The notes under the pieces are model-generated. The model saw only the letters and a list, made by a program, of their open reading frames with translations. It did no database searches and had not been told where the DNA came from. Below, one piece after another: positions 49,606-57,059 of a stretch of 64,000 bases of DNA. This DNA is from an uncultured Pseudomonadota bacterium (lineage in GTDB: Bacteria; Pseudomonadota; Gammaproteobacteria; Burkholderiales; Casimicrobiaceae), in assembly GCA_963709335.1 (NCBI GenBank), contig CAVPWB010000009.1, positions 90,997 through 154,996 of the forward strand, read 5' to 3'. Every line of letters begins with the position of its first letter. Positions within the stretch are counted from its first letter, which is position 1. The position numbers and the translations under genes are program-made.

Positions 49606-50823
49606 CTACAAAAGCGGCAGTTGTTGCGCCGGCGAGGCAAGCCGTGCGCGCAGCGCCGGTGTCGCCAACGCAGCGTGCCGGGGCCGGTGATCGACCGTGA
49701 CGACAAACGGCTCGGCCTTGCGAACGTCGCAGCGCAGCTTGACGAGATCGGCGTACCGCACGCGCCGCTGGCGCCGCAGCGCAAGCAGCCGCTTGACATT
49801 GCGCACGCCCAGGCCCGGCACGCGCAGCAGCGCCGCGCGCTCGGCAGCGTTGACATCGACGGGGAACGCCTCGCGATGCGCAAGTGCCCATGCGAGCTTC
49901 GGATCGATGTCGAGGTCGAGTTGTCCCCCGCGAAGCGGTGCGACGATCTCGTCTGCGCCGTAACCGTAGTGCTGAAGGAGCCAATCGGCCTGATAAAGAC
50001 GATGCTCGCGCGCCAGCGCCGGGGCTTGCACGGGCAGTTGCGCCGATGCGTGCGGAATGGGACTGAACGCCGAGTAATAGACGCGCCGCAGGCCATACGC
50101 CGCGTACAGCGTTTCGGCGGTGCGCAGGAACGTCGCGTCGGTTGACCCATCCGCTCCGACGATGAGTTGCGTGCTCTGCCCTGCCGGCGCAAAGCGACCC
50201 GATCGTGGCTCGGCCCGCGCGTGGTCACGAAAGGTGCGGATCCGCCCCATCGCGAGCTTGATCGTATGAATGCTCTTTTCCGGTGCGAGCGCCCTCAGCC
50301 CCGCTTCAGTCGGAATCTCGACATTGATGGACAGGCGATCGGCATATCGCCCGGCATCGCGAATCAGCCGCTCGTCGGCCTCGGGAATGGTCTTCAGGTG
50401 GATGTAGCCGCGAAAGTCGTGAACGGTCCGCAACGTGCGCGCAACGTCGACGAGTTGCTCCATCGTGTAGTCGGCGTTGCGGATGATTCCCGACGACAGG
50501 AACAGGCCCTCGATGTAATTGCGGCGGTAGAAATCGAGCGTCAGGTTGACGACTTCGCCGGTCGTGAAGCGCGCACGGCGCACATCGCTCGACCGCCGAT
50601 TGACGCAGTAGTGGCAGTCGTAGACGCAGAAATTCGTCAGCAGGATCTTGAGCAGCGAGATGCAGCGGCCATCGGGTGCGTACGAATGGCATATACCGGA
50701 CCCGGTGGTCGAGCCCAGGCCGCCGCTCGCCGACGATTGACGGCCGGCCGCACCGCTGCTGGCGCACGACGCGTCGTACTTCGCGGCGTCGGCGAGCAGC
50801 GCCAGCTTGCGGGACAGTTCCAT
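49606..50823 (-). CDS. putative DNA modification/repair radical SAM protein (TIGR03916-like)
   Basis: ORF 49606..51477 trimmed to the ATG at 50823-50821 (MELSRKLALLADAAKYDASCASSG...). Radical SAM CVYDCHYC. RNYIEGLFLSSGI, GYIHLKTIP. C-terminal helix-hairpin-helix-like LLRVPGLGVRNVKRLLALR. Confidence 0.85.
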   Translation of the reverse strand: MELSRKLALLADAAKYDASCASSGAAGRQSSASGGLGSTTGSGICHSYAPDGRCISLLKILLTNFCVYDCHYCVNRRSSDVRRARFTTGEVVNLTLDFYRRNYIEGLFLSSGIIRNADYTMEQLVDVARTLRTVHDFRGYIHLKTIPEADERLIRDAGRYADRLSINVEIPTEAGLRALAPEKSIHTIKLAMGRIRTFRDHARAEPRSGRFAPAGQSTQLIVGADGSTDATFLRTAETLYAAYGLRRVYYSAFSPIPHASAQLPVQAPALAREHRLYQADWLLQHYGYGADEIVAPLRGGQLDLDIDPKLAWALAHREAFPVDVNAAERAALLRVPGLGVRNVKRLLALRRQRRVRYADLVKLRCDVRKAEPFVVTVDHRPRHAALATPALRARLASPAQQLPLL

Positions 50824-50842
50824 TCGTGACCGGACCAGAGAG

Positions 50843-50858
50843 CCGTATAAGTATACGG
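50843..50858. promoter_or_regulatory. perfect palindrome CCGTATA-AG-TATACGG, candidate operator of the radical SAM operon
   Basis: 7+7 inverted repeat, 19 nt upstream of the radical SAM ATG. On the coding (minus) strand it contains a -10-like TATACT. Same geometry as the CTGT-N8-ACAG LexA box. Confidence 0.4.
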
Positions 50859-50960
50859 TATGAGGACACGGCGCCCGCAAGCAAAGTTCCGCGTTTGCGG
50901 GCGCATGCGCGGGGCTTTGTTGCGAGGCTGGTTTCGCTCGCCTGTTCAACGTTCGTGCAA

Positions 50961-51677
50961 CTACGCGGTGTCGGTGCGGGCCTCGCGTTCCGCCTCGTAA
51001 CGCGCGCGGGTCTCGGCATTGGGCGGATAAAGCCCGAGCAGCGGCGCCCCGCGGCCCACCTCCTGCATGATCCACGCCTCGAGCTGCTCCTGCTCGAGCG
51101 CAAGCGCCACGACCTCGTCGACGAGCGCGGCCGGAATGACGACGGCGCCGTCGTCGTCGGCAACGATCACGTCGTCGGGAAACACGGCGACGCCGCCGCA
51201 GCCGATTGGTTCCTGCCAGTTGACGAACGTCAATCCGGCCACCGACGGCGGCGCGGCCGCGCCGGCGCACCACACCGGCAATTGCGTCCCGAGAACGCCT
51301 TGCAGATCGCGGACGACACCGTCGGTGACCAGTGCCGCGACGCCGCGCTGACGCATCCGCGCGCACAGGATGTCGCCGAAAATGCCCGCGTCGGTCACGC
51401 CGCGCGCATCGACGATGGCGATGCAGCCCGCCGGCATCGCTTCGATCGCGCCGCGCGTCGACGTCGGCTTGGCCCATGACTCGGGCGTCGCCTGGTCTTC
51501 ACGCGCCGGGATGAAGCGCAGCGTGAACGCGCGTCCGACGGTACGCGGCTGGCCGGTGCGGATCGGCTGCGTGCCGCGCATCCAGACATTGCGCAGTCCC
51601 TTTTTCAGCAACAGCGTCGTGAGCGTGGCGGTCGTCACGCTGGACAATGCGGCAATCGTCGTACGGGGAAGGTCCAT
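50961..51677 (-). CDS. RraA-family protein (regulator of RNase E activity A / HMG-aldolase-oxaloacetate decarboxylase fold)
   Basis: ATG at 51677 preceded by GGAG (a GTG at 51704 is also open). LTTLLLKKGLRNVWM, AIVDARGVTDAGIFGDILCARMRQRGVAALVTDGVVRD and PGDVI-like FPDDVIVADDDGAVVIP. Confidence 0.75.
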   Translation of the reverse strand: MDLPRTTIAALSSVTTATLTTLLLKKGLRNVWMRGTQPIRTGQPRTVGRAFTLRFIPAREDQATPESWAKPTSTRGAIEAMPAGCIAIVDARGVTDAGIFGDILCARMRQRGVAALVTDGVVRDLQGVLGTQLPVWCAGAAAPPSVAGLTFVNWQEPIGCGGVAVFPDDVIVADDDGAVVIPAALVDEVVALALEQEQLEAWIMQEVGRGAPLLGLYPPNAETRARYEAEREARTDTA

Positions 51678-51705
51678 GCGGTCTCCGCTCTCGATCGTGG
51701 GCACG

Positions 51706-51975
51706 CTAGCGCAATTCGCCGGCGACGAGCTCGTCGACGTAGCACCACACCCACGCTTCGCCAGGCTCGATCGAGCGGATCAGCGGATGCTGGGTGCGAC
51801 GGAAATGATGCGTGGCATGCTGGTTCTTGGACGCATCGCAGCAGCCGACGTTGCCGCATTCGAGGCATAACCGCAGATGCACCCACGTGTCGCCGAGCTT
51901 CACGCATTCGGCGCAGACGTGCGTAGCGGCCCGCGTGATCTTCACGGTATCGAGGTGGGTGCAGGCGGTTGCCAT
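51706..51975 (-). CDS. UBP-type zinc-finger domain protein
   Basis: 89 aa: CTHLDTV...HVCAECVKLGDTWVHLRLCLECGNVGCCDASKNQHATHHFRRTQHPLIRS...WVWCYVDE, the Cys/His pattern of zf-UBP. Confidence 0.75.
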   Translation of the reverse strand: MATACTHLDTVKITRAATHVCAECVKLGDTWVHLRLCLECGNVGCCDASKNQHATHHFRRTQHPLIRSIEPGEAWVWCYVDELVAGELR

Positions 51976-51984
51976 CGAGAGGTC

Positions 51985-52926
51985 CTAGTGGTTGGGGGTC
52001 GACGCATTTTCGACGCGTTCGAGTGCCGCGCGGTTCCACTGCGCGAGATCGGCGCCCGCTGCGTAGGTCGATTCGCAGAAGTCGCGCAACGCAGCGCTCG
52101 GCGAGCGCGCCGCGCGAACGTCGTCGTACATCAGCACGAACTCCCCGAGTGCTGCGCGATACGCGGCCGCTGCGGGCAGCACAGGCTGGTCGCGCAATCC
52201 CGCAGGCTCCGGCGCCGTATACGCATAGAACGCTGCATCGGCGATATCACCGCTGCCGGGCCAGAAGCCGACGCTGCTCACTTCGTGCGAGTACGCTTCC
52301 TGCGTGATGCGATCGGCACCGGGCCGCTCCGGCGCGCGGCGCCCCGAGAAGCGCGTCACGCAAAGATCGAAGCTGCCCCAGAAGAAATGCACCGGACTGC
52401 ATTTGCCGATGAATCCCGCACGGAATGCATTGAACGCGGTGTCGACAGTGACCAGTATCTGCGCAAAGCGCGCGACGGCTTCGCGATCGTAGCTCGCGTG
52501 GACCGTATCGTCTTCGAAGCGGATCGGGTTGGGGATCTCCACCGGCATCGTCCAGATGGCGACATCGATCCCGGCGTCGTGCAACAGCGTCATCAGGGCG
52601 CGATGAAAGTCCGCCACCGACCGCGGCTCGAGCGGCAGCGAATGACGGGCACCGTCCCCGACATCGAGCACCAGCGTGTGCGAGACGAAGTCGAACCGGA
52701 TCGCGAACGCACGGCCGCGATACGGCATCATCGATGTCGTGAGGCCGCATGGGTACACGTACAGCGGCACGTTCCACCAGTGATTGACCCTCGGCGTGAC
52801 GGCGAGGCGAATCTTGCCGACGACCTGCGTCCACATGTGCAGCGTCTCGCACGTGGCCTGCCATTCGCGCAGCGGCAGCGCCGGCCAGCATGCCGGCGAA
52901 TCGAATGCGGTGCTGGTGTCCGTCAT
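51985..52926 (-). CDS. conserved hypothetical protein (resembles the DUF5996 family)
   Basis: 313 aa: WPALPLREWQATCETLHMWTQVVGKIRLAVTPRVNHWWNVPLYV... I recognise this as the DUF5996-type N-terminus. The identification is from memory and not verified. Confidence 0.55.
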   Translation of the reverse strand: MTDTSTAFDSPACWPALPLREWQATCETLHMWTQVVGKIRLAVTPRVNHWWNVPLYVYPCGLTTSMMPYRGRAFAIRFDFVSHTLVLDVGDGARHSLPLEPRSVADFHRALMTLLHDAGIDVAIWTMPVEIPNPIRFEDDTVHASYDREAVARFAQILVTVDTAFNAFRAGFIGKCSPVHFFWGSFDLCVTRFSGRRAPERPGADRITQEAYSHEVSSVGFWPGSGDIADAAFYAYTAPEPAGLRDQPVLPAAAAYRAALGEFVLMYDDVRAARSPSAALRDFCESTYAAGADLAQWNRAALERVENASTPNH

Positions 52927-54254
52927 GGCGAGCCACTCCCGTCGTTGCGTTCGGCGCGCGGCGCACGTGCCGCCGATCCGGTCACCGACGCGCGGCGACC
53001 GTTGCGCCAGCGGTGCACGGCGCCCCCGGCAACGACCAGTGCAGCACCCCCCGCAACCGCGGGCAACGGCAGGCTGGACGCGAGCAGCACGCAGCCGAAC
53101 AGTCCGGCCACGGGCAACGCAAGGGCTCCGCGACGCTCACGCGCATTCAGCGTTATCGCCGACGCATTCGCGATCGCATAGTAAAGCAGGACGGCGAACG
53201 AGCTGAAGCCGATCGCCTCGCGGATGTCGGCGACGATGACGATCGCCGCGACGATCGCGCCGGCCGCGACCTCGGCACGATCGGGGATCCGATGATGCGG
53301 ATGCACCGAGGCGAGCCATCGCGGCAGGTCCCCGTTGGCAGCCATTGCGAACGTCGTTCGGCTGATGCCAGCCAGCAGCGACAGCAGCACGCCGAGCGAC
53401 GCAACGGCTGCGCCGACGCGAACCGCAGGCAACCATTCGGCGAAGCGTCCACTCGAGACGGCGGCGGCGAGCGGCGCCGCCGTTGCGGCCAGCACATCGG
53501 CGCCCACCGCGGCGAGCGCACTGATCGCCACGATCGCGTATATGACGAGCACGATGCCAAGCGCGATTGGGATCGCGCGCGGTATCGTTCGCTCGGGTGC
53601 AACGACTTCCTCGCCGAGCGTCGCGATCCGCGCGTACCCCGCAAACGCGAAGAAGAGGAACCCCGCGGCCTCCAGTATCCCGTTCCAGCCCTTGCCGAGG
53701 GTGGGCACCGCGCGCGCCGGGTCGGCGCTGCCGCCGAATACGGCTGCCGTCACGACGAGCGCGAGACACCCGAGCACGAACGCCACGATCACGCGGGTCG
53801 CGAACACGGTCTTCGCGACGCCGAAATAGTTGACGGCGGTCAGTACGACGACGGCCAGCACGGCAAGCGGCCGCGCGAACGCCGGCGCGGCGTAGGTGGC
53901 GAACGTCAGCGCCATCGCCGCGCAGCTCGCGAGCTTGCCGACGACGAAGCACCAGCCGGCGAGGAAGCCCCACGCATCGCCGAGACGCTTGCGGCCATAG
54001 ACGTACGCGCCCCCGGACTCCGGATAAAGTGCCGCGAGCGCCGCCGACGACGTCGCGTTGCAGTACGCGACGAACCCCGCAATGAGAAGGCCGATCAGCA
54101 GGCCGTCGCCCGCAGCGCGCGCAGCGGGCGCAATGGCGGCAAAGACGCCTGCGCCGAGCATCGCGCCTAAGCCGATGACAACCGCGTCGGCGGTGCCGAG
54201 CTTTCTCGCGAGGCGCGTGGGCGCTGCGGTGCCCGTCGGTGGGTCGACGTTCAT
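52923..54254 (-). CDS. APC-superfamily amino acid permease
   Basis: 443 aa, about 12 TM segments. LGTADAVVIGLGAMLGAGVFAA...ALYPESGGAYVYG. The stop overlaps the start of the next gene (ATGA). Confidence 0.85.
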   Translation of the reverse strand: MNVDPPTGTAAPTRLARKLGTADAVVIGLGAMLGAGVFAAIAPAARAAGDGLLIGLLIAGFVAYCNATSSAALAALYPESGGAYVYGRKRLGDAWGFLAGWCFVVGKLASCAAMALTFATYAAPAFARPLAVLAVVVLTAVNYFGVAKTVFATRVIVAFVLGCLALVVTAAVFGGSADPARAVPTLGKGWNGILEAAGFLFFAFAGYARIATLGEEVVAPERTIPRAIPIALGIVLVIYAIVAISALAAVGADVLAATAAPLAAAVSSGRFAEWLPAVRVGAAVASLGVLLSLLAGISRTTFAMAANGDLPRWLASVHPHHRIPDRAEVAAGAIVAAIVIVADIREAIGFSSFAVLLYYAIANASAITLNARERRGALALPVAGLFGCVLLASSLPLPAVAGGAALVVAGGAVHRWRNGRRASVTGSAARAPRAERNDGSGSP

Positions 54255-54307
54255 CGGGGCGCGCGCGACGCGGGCGCGTGGTTCATAATTTTGGATCGGA
54301 GGGCGTC

Positions 54308-55201
54308 ATGATCGAACTCGTCATAGAATCGCGCAGCCGCGATCTCGGTGGATTCCAGGTGGGGCGCGTGCTGCCGTTCAGCCAGAAGCGGATGGTCGGG
54401 CCGTTCATCTTCTTCGATCATTTCGGTCCGGTGCGATTCGAAGCGGGCATCCCGCGCAGCGTCGACGTGCGGCCGCATCCGCACATCGGGCTGTCGACGG
54501 TTTCGTACCTGTTCGACGGCGAGATCATGCATCGCGACAGCGTGGGCTCCGAGCAGCCGATCCGGCCGGGCGAGCTCAACTGGATGACGGCGGGTCGCGG
54601 AATCACCCACTCCGAGCGTTTCGAGCGAGCACGTGCGGAGGGCGGCACGATGCACGGCATCCAGGCATGGGTCGCGCTGCCCCGCGAGCACGAGGAAACC
54701 GAGCCCTCGTTCTCGCATCACGCCGAGGCGGACCTGCCCACGTTCGAGAGTGGCGGGTTGTGGGCGCGGCTCATCGTCGGCAGCGCGTTCGGCGCGCATG
54801 CGCGCGTCAGGACCCACTCGCCGATGTTCTACGTTCACTGGCAACTGCAGCCGGGGGCGAAGGCGCAATTGCCGGCCGAGTATCCGGAACGCGCGGCATT
54901 CGTCGCCGCCGGCACCGTCGACGTCGGCGGGCAGTCGTTCGCGACCGGCCAGATGATCGTGTTCAAGCCCGGCGAGCCCGTGCTGTTCACGGCGACCACG
55001 GCCGCGACGATCATGCTGCTTGGCGGCGAGCCCATCGGCGAGCGCTTCCTCGAATGGAACTTCGTCTCGTCGTCGCTCGAGCGGATCGAGCAGGCGAAAG
55101 CCGATTGGCGCGCGGGTCGGATGAAGCTGCCCGACCTCGACAACCAGGAGTTCATTCCGCTGCCGGGTGGACCGCCACCGCCGGCGCCGGCGATGTCCTA
55201 G
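54308..55201 (+). CDS. pirin-family (bicupin) protein
   Basis: ORF 54239..55201 trimmed to the ATG at 54308 (SD ggaggg). GPFIFFDHFGP, HPHIGLSTVSYLFDGEIMHRDS, LNWMTAGRGITHSE. Confidence 0.85.
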   Translation: MIELVIESRSRDLGGFQVGRVLPFSQKRMVGPFIFFDHFGPVRFEAGIPRSVDVRPHPHIGLSTVSYLFDGEIMHRDSVGSEQPIRPGELNWMTAGRGITHSERFERARAEGGTMHGIQAWVALPREHEETEPSFSHHAEADLPTFESGGLWARLIVGSAFGAHARVRTHSPMFYVHWQLQPGAKAQLPAEYPERAAFVAAGTVDVGGQSFATGQMIVFKPGEPVLFTATTAATIMLLGGEPIGERFLEWNFVSSSLERIEQAKADWRAGRMKLPDLDNQEFIPLPGGPPPPAPAMS

Positions 55202-55255
55202 CGCGATTCGCCGCGCGCGTTGGATCACCGGCCACGCGACGCGCGCTGTCGACGG

Positions 55256-56284
55256 TCAGCGGGCCTCTTGCGCGGCCGTCCATTTCCCGTCGCGCGCGAG
55301 GCTGTTCATCCGCAGCCGGTGGGCGAACGCGGACTGTGCCGCAGCGACGTTGCCGGGCTTGCCGCGCCACAACTGCATCACCGGATCCTGCAGCGCGCGG
55401 GCGAACGAGAACGACAACACCCATGGCGCGTGCGGATCGAGCGTGTTGAGCGCGTTCAGATTCGCTGTCGCTTCCTCGGGTGCTTGGCCGCCCGACAGGA
55501 AGTTGATCGTCGGCACGCTTGCGGGCACCGTGCGGCGCAGCACGCGCAGCGTTGCGGCAGCGACCTCCTCGGGGCTTGCACGACGCGAATGCTTCTTGCC
55601 GGGGACGACCATGTTGGGCTTCAGCACGATAAGCTCGGTGGCGACGCGATGCCGACGCAGTGCGTCGAACACGGCGGCAAGGACGCTCTCGGTCACCTCC
55701 TCGCAGCGTTCGAGCGAATGGTCGCCGTCGATAAGCACCTCCGGCTCGACGATCGGGACCAGGCCCTGCTCCTGGCAGATGCCGGCGTAGCGCGCGAGCA
55801 CTTCCGCATTGGCCGCAATGCCCAGCGGCGTGGGATTCGCCGGCGTGATCGCGTACACCTCACGCCACTTCGTGAAGCGCGCGCCCTGCGCCTTGTAGCC
55901 TTTGAGCCGGTCGGCCAGCCCGTCGAGCCCTTGTGTGACGAGGTCGCCCGGCGCGCCCGCCAGCGGCGTGGTGCCCTTGTCGACCTTGATGCCCGGCGCG
56001 ATGCCGTTGCGGACGAGCAGCTGGGCGAGCGGTGTTCCGTCGTCTGCATTCTGTCCGAGCGTTTCCTCGAACAGGATGACGCCTGCGAGGTATTCGCTTA
56101 CGCCCGGCGTCGTCAACATCAGCGTCCGATACGCGCGGCGCGAGTTCTCGCTCGATTCGATGCCGACCGCATCGAAGCGCTTGGTGATCGTCGGCGTGCT
56201 CTCGTCCGCCGCGAGTATGCCCTTGCCGGCCTCGAGAATCCTGGCGATCGTCGACTGCAGCTCGCTGCGCGTGTCCATGTCCAT
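55256..56284 (-). CDS. class I (Schiff-base, eukaryotic-type) fructose-bisphosphate aldolase
   Basis: 342 aa. GKGILAADESTPTITKRF, GVILFEETL, GIKVDKG, Schiff-base lysine region LVLKPNMVVPG, FLSGGQ. Confidence 0.85.
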   Translation of the reverse strand: MDMDTRSELQSTIARILEAGKGILAADESTPTITKRFDAVGIESSENSRRAYRTLMLTTPGVSEYLAGVILFEETLGQNADDGTPLAQLLVRNGIAPGIKVDKGTTPLAGAPGDLVTQGLDGLADRLKGYKAQGARFTKWREVYAITPANPTPLGIAANAEVLARYAGICQEQGLVPIVEPEVLIDGDHSLERCEEVTESVLAAVFDALRRHRVATELIVLKPNMVVPGKKHSRRASPEEVAAATLRVLRRTVPASVPTINFLSGGQAPEEATANLNALNTLDPHAPWVLSFSFARALQDPVMQLWRGKPGNVAAAQSAFAHRLRMNSLARDGKWTAAQEAR

Positions 56285-56338
56285 TTCCTTTCGTTTCGAT
56301 TCGACCTGATTGACGGTTTCATGCGCACCGCTAGACCG

Positions 56339-56944
56339 TCAGCGTGTCAGTGCCGCTCCAGCGAGCCATTGGGCGCCATCGGCATAGAGCCGCTCGACGG
56401 CGGCGCCCGTCAGTTGCGGCATGTCGCGCTTGACGGTGAACCCGATCCGCGTCTGCGCATAGGCCAGGTGCCGGTAGCCTTCGGGAAACTGTCCGAGCAG
56501 CGCGCAGTCCAGTGTAACCGTCGCCGTTGGATCGACGGGGTCGAGGCGGTCTTTCTCGTAGATGGGCTGCCGCAGCACGATCTTCCACTCGCCATCGCGC
56601 CGCTCGAAGAAATCGTAGAAGCGACCGTCGCAAGCCACGTCGCACAGCACGCCGTCCACGTCGGCGCGTTGCGCGATCGTCATCCGCGTTTGCGCGATCG
56701 CCCGCACGCCCGCGACGTCGACGGTGGTACCCCCGAGAAAGTGCAGGATCCGCACGCCCCTGTCGAATCCCTGCCGGCTCACCGCGATGAAGTCGGAAGC
56801 CGAGCCCTGGAACCACGTGGCCATCATCCGCCCGTCGGGATGCCAGACCGTCGCAAAGCGCGACCAGTCGCCCGCATCGCGCCACAGCGTCCAGTTCTCC
56901 ACCACTTCGCGAATGCGCAACCGCTCGATCAGCGCATCGTCCAT
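56339..56944 (-). CDS. SnoaL-like / NTF2-family protein
   Basis: 201 aa. IRELVENW-type start (LRIREVVENWTLWRDAGDW) and size are typical of SnoaL_4/NTF2-fold proteins. Function unknown. Confidence 0.6.
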   Translation of the reverse strand: MDDALIERLRIREVVENWTLWRDAGDWSRFATVWHPDGRMMATWFQGSASDFIAVSRQGFDRGVRILHFLGGTTVDVAGVRAIAQTRMTIAQRADVDGVLCDVACDGRFYDFFERRDGEWKIVLRQPIYEKDRLDPVDPTATVTLDCALLGQFPEGYRHLAYAQTRIGFTVKRDMPQLTGAAVERLYADGAQWLAGAALTR

Positions 56945-57059
56945 CGGCTCTCCGGTAACAGGCCCGGCGCCGCCCCAGCCGGCGCAGCGACCACACGGCG
57001 AGTGTACGCTGCGCGCCCGCTGCGGCTGCCAGGTCGCAGCGCACGCTACACTTCCCCTC

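Noticed and set aside
50871-50904. 10-bp-stem hairpin GCGCCCGCAA-14 nt-TTGCGGGCGC between the RraA-like gene and the radical SAM gene, considered as an intrinsic terminator
   Set aside because: No U-tract follows it on the minus (transcribed) strand, so I do not call it a terminator. It may still be an RNA structure, or it may separate the two operons.
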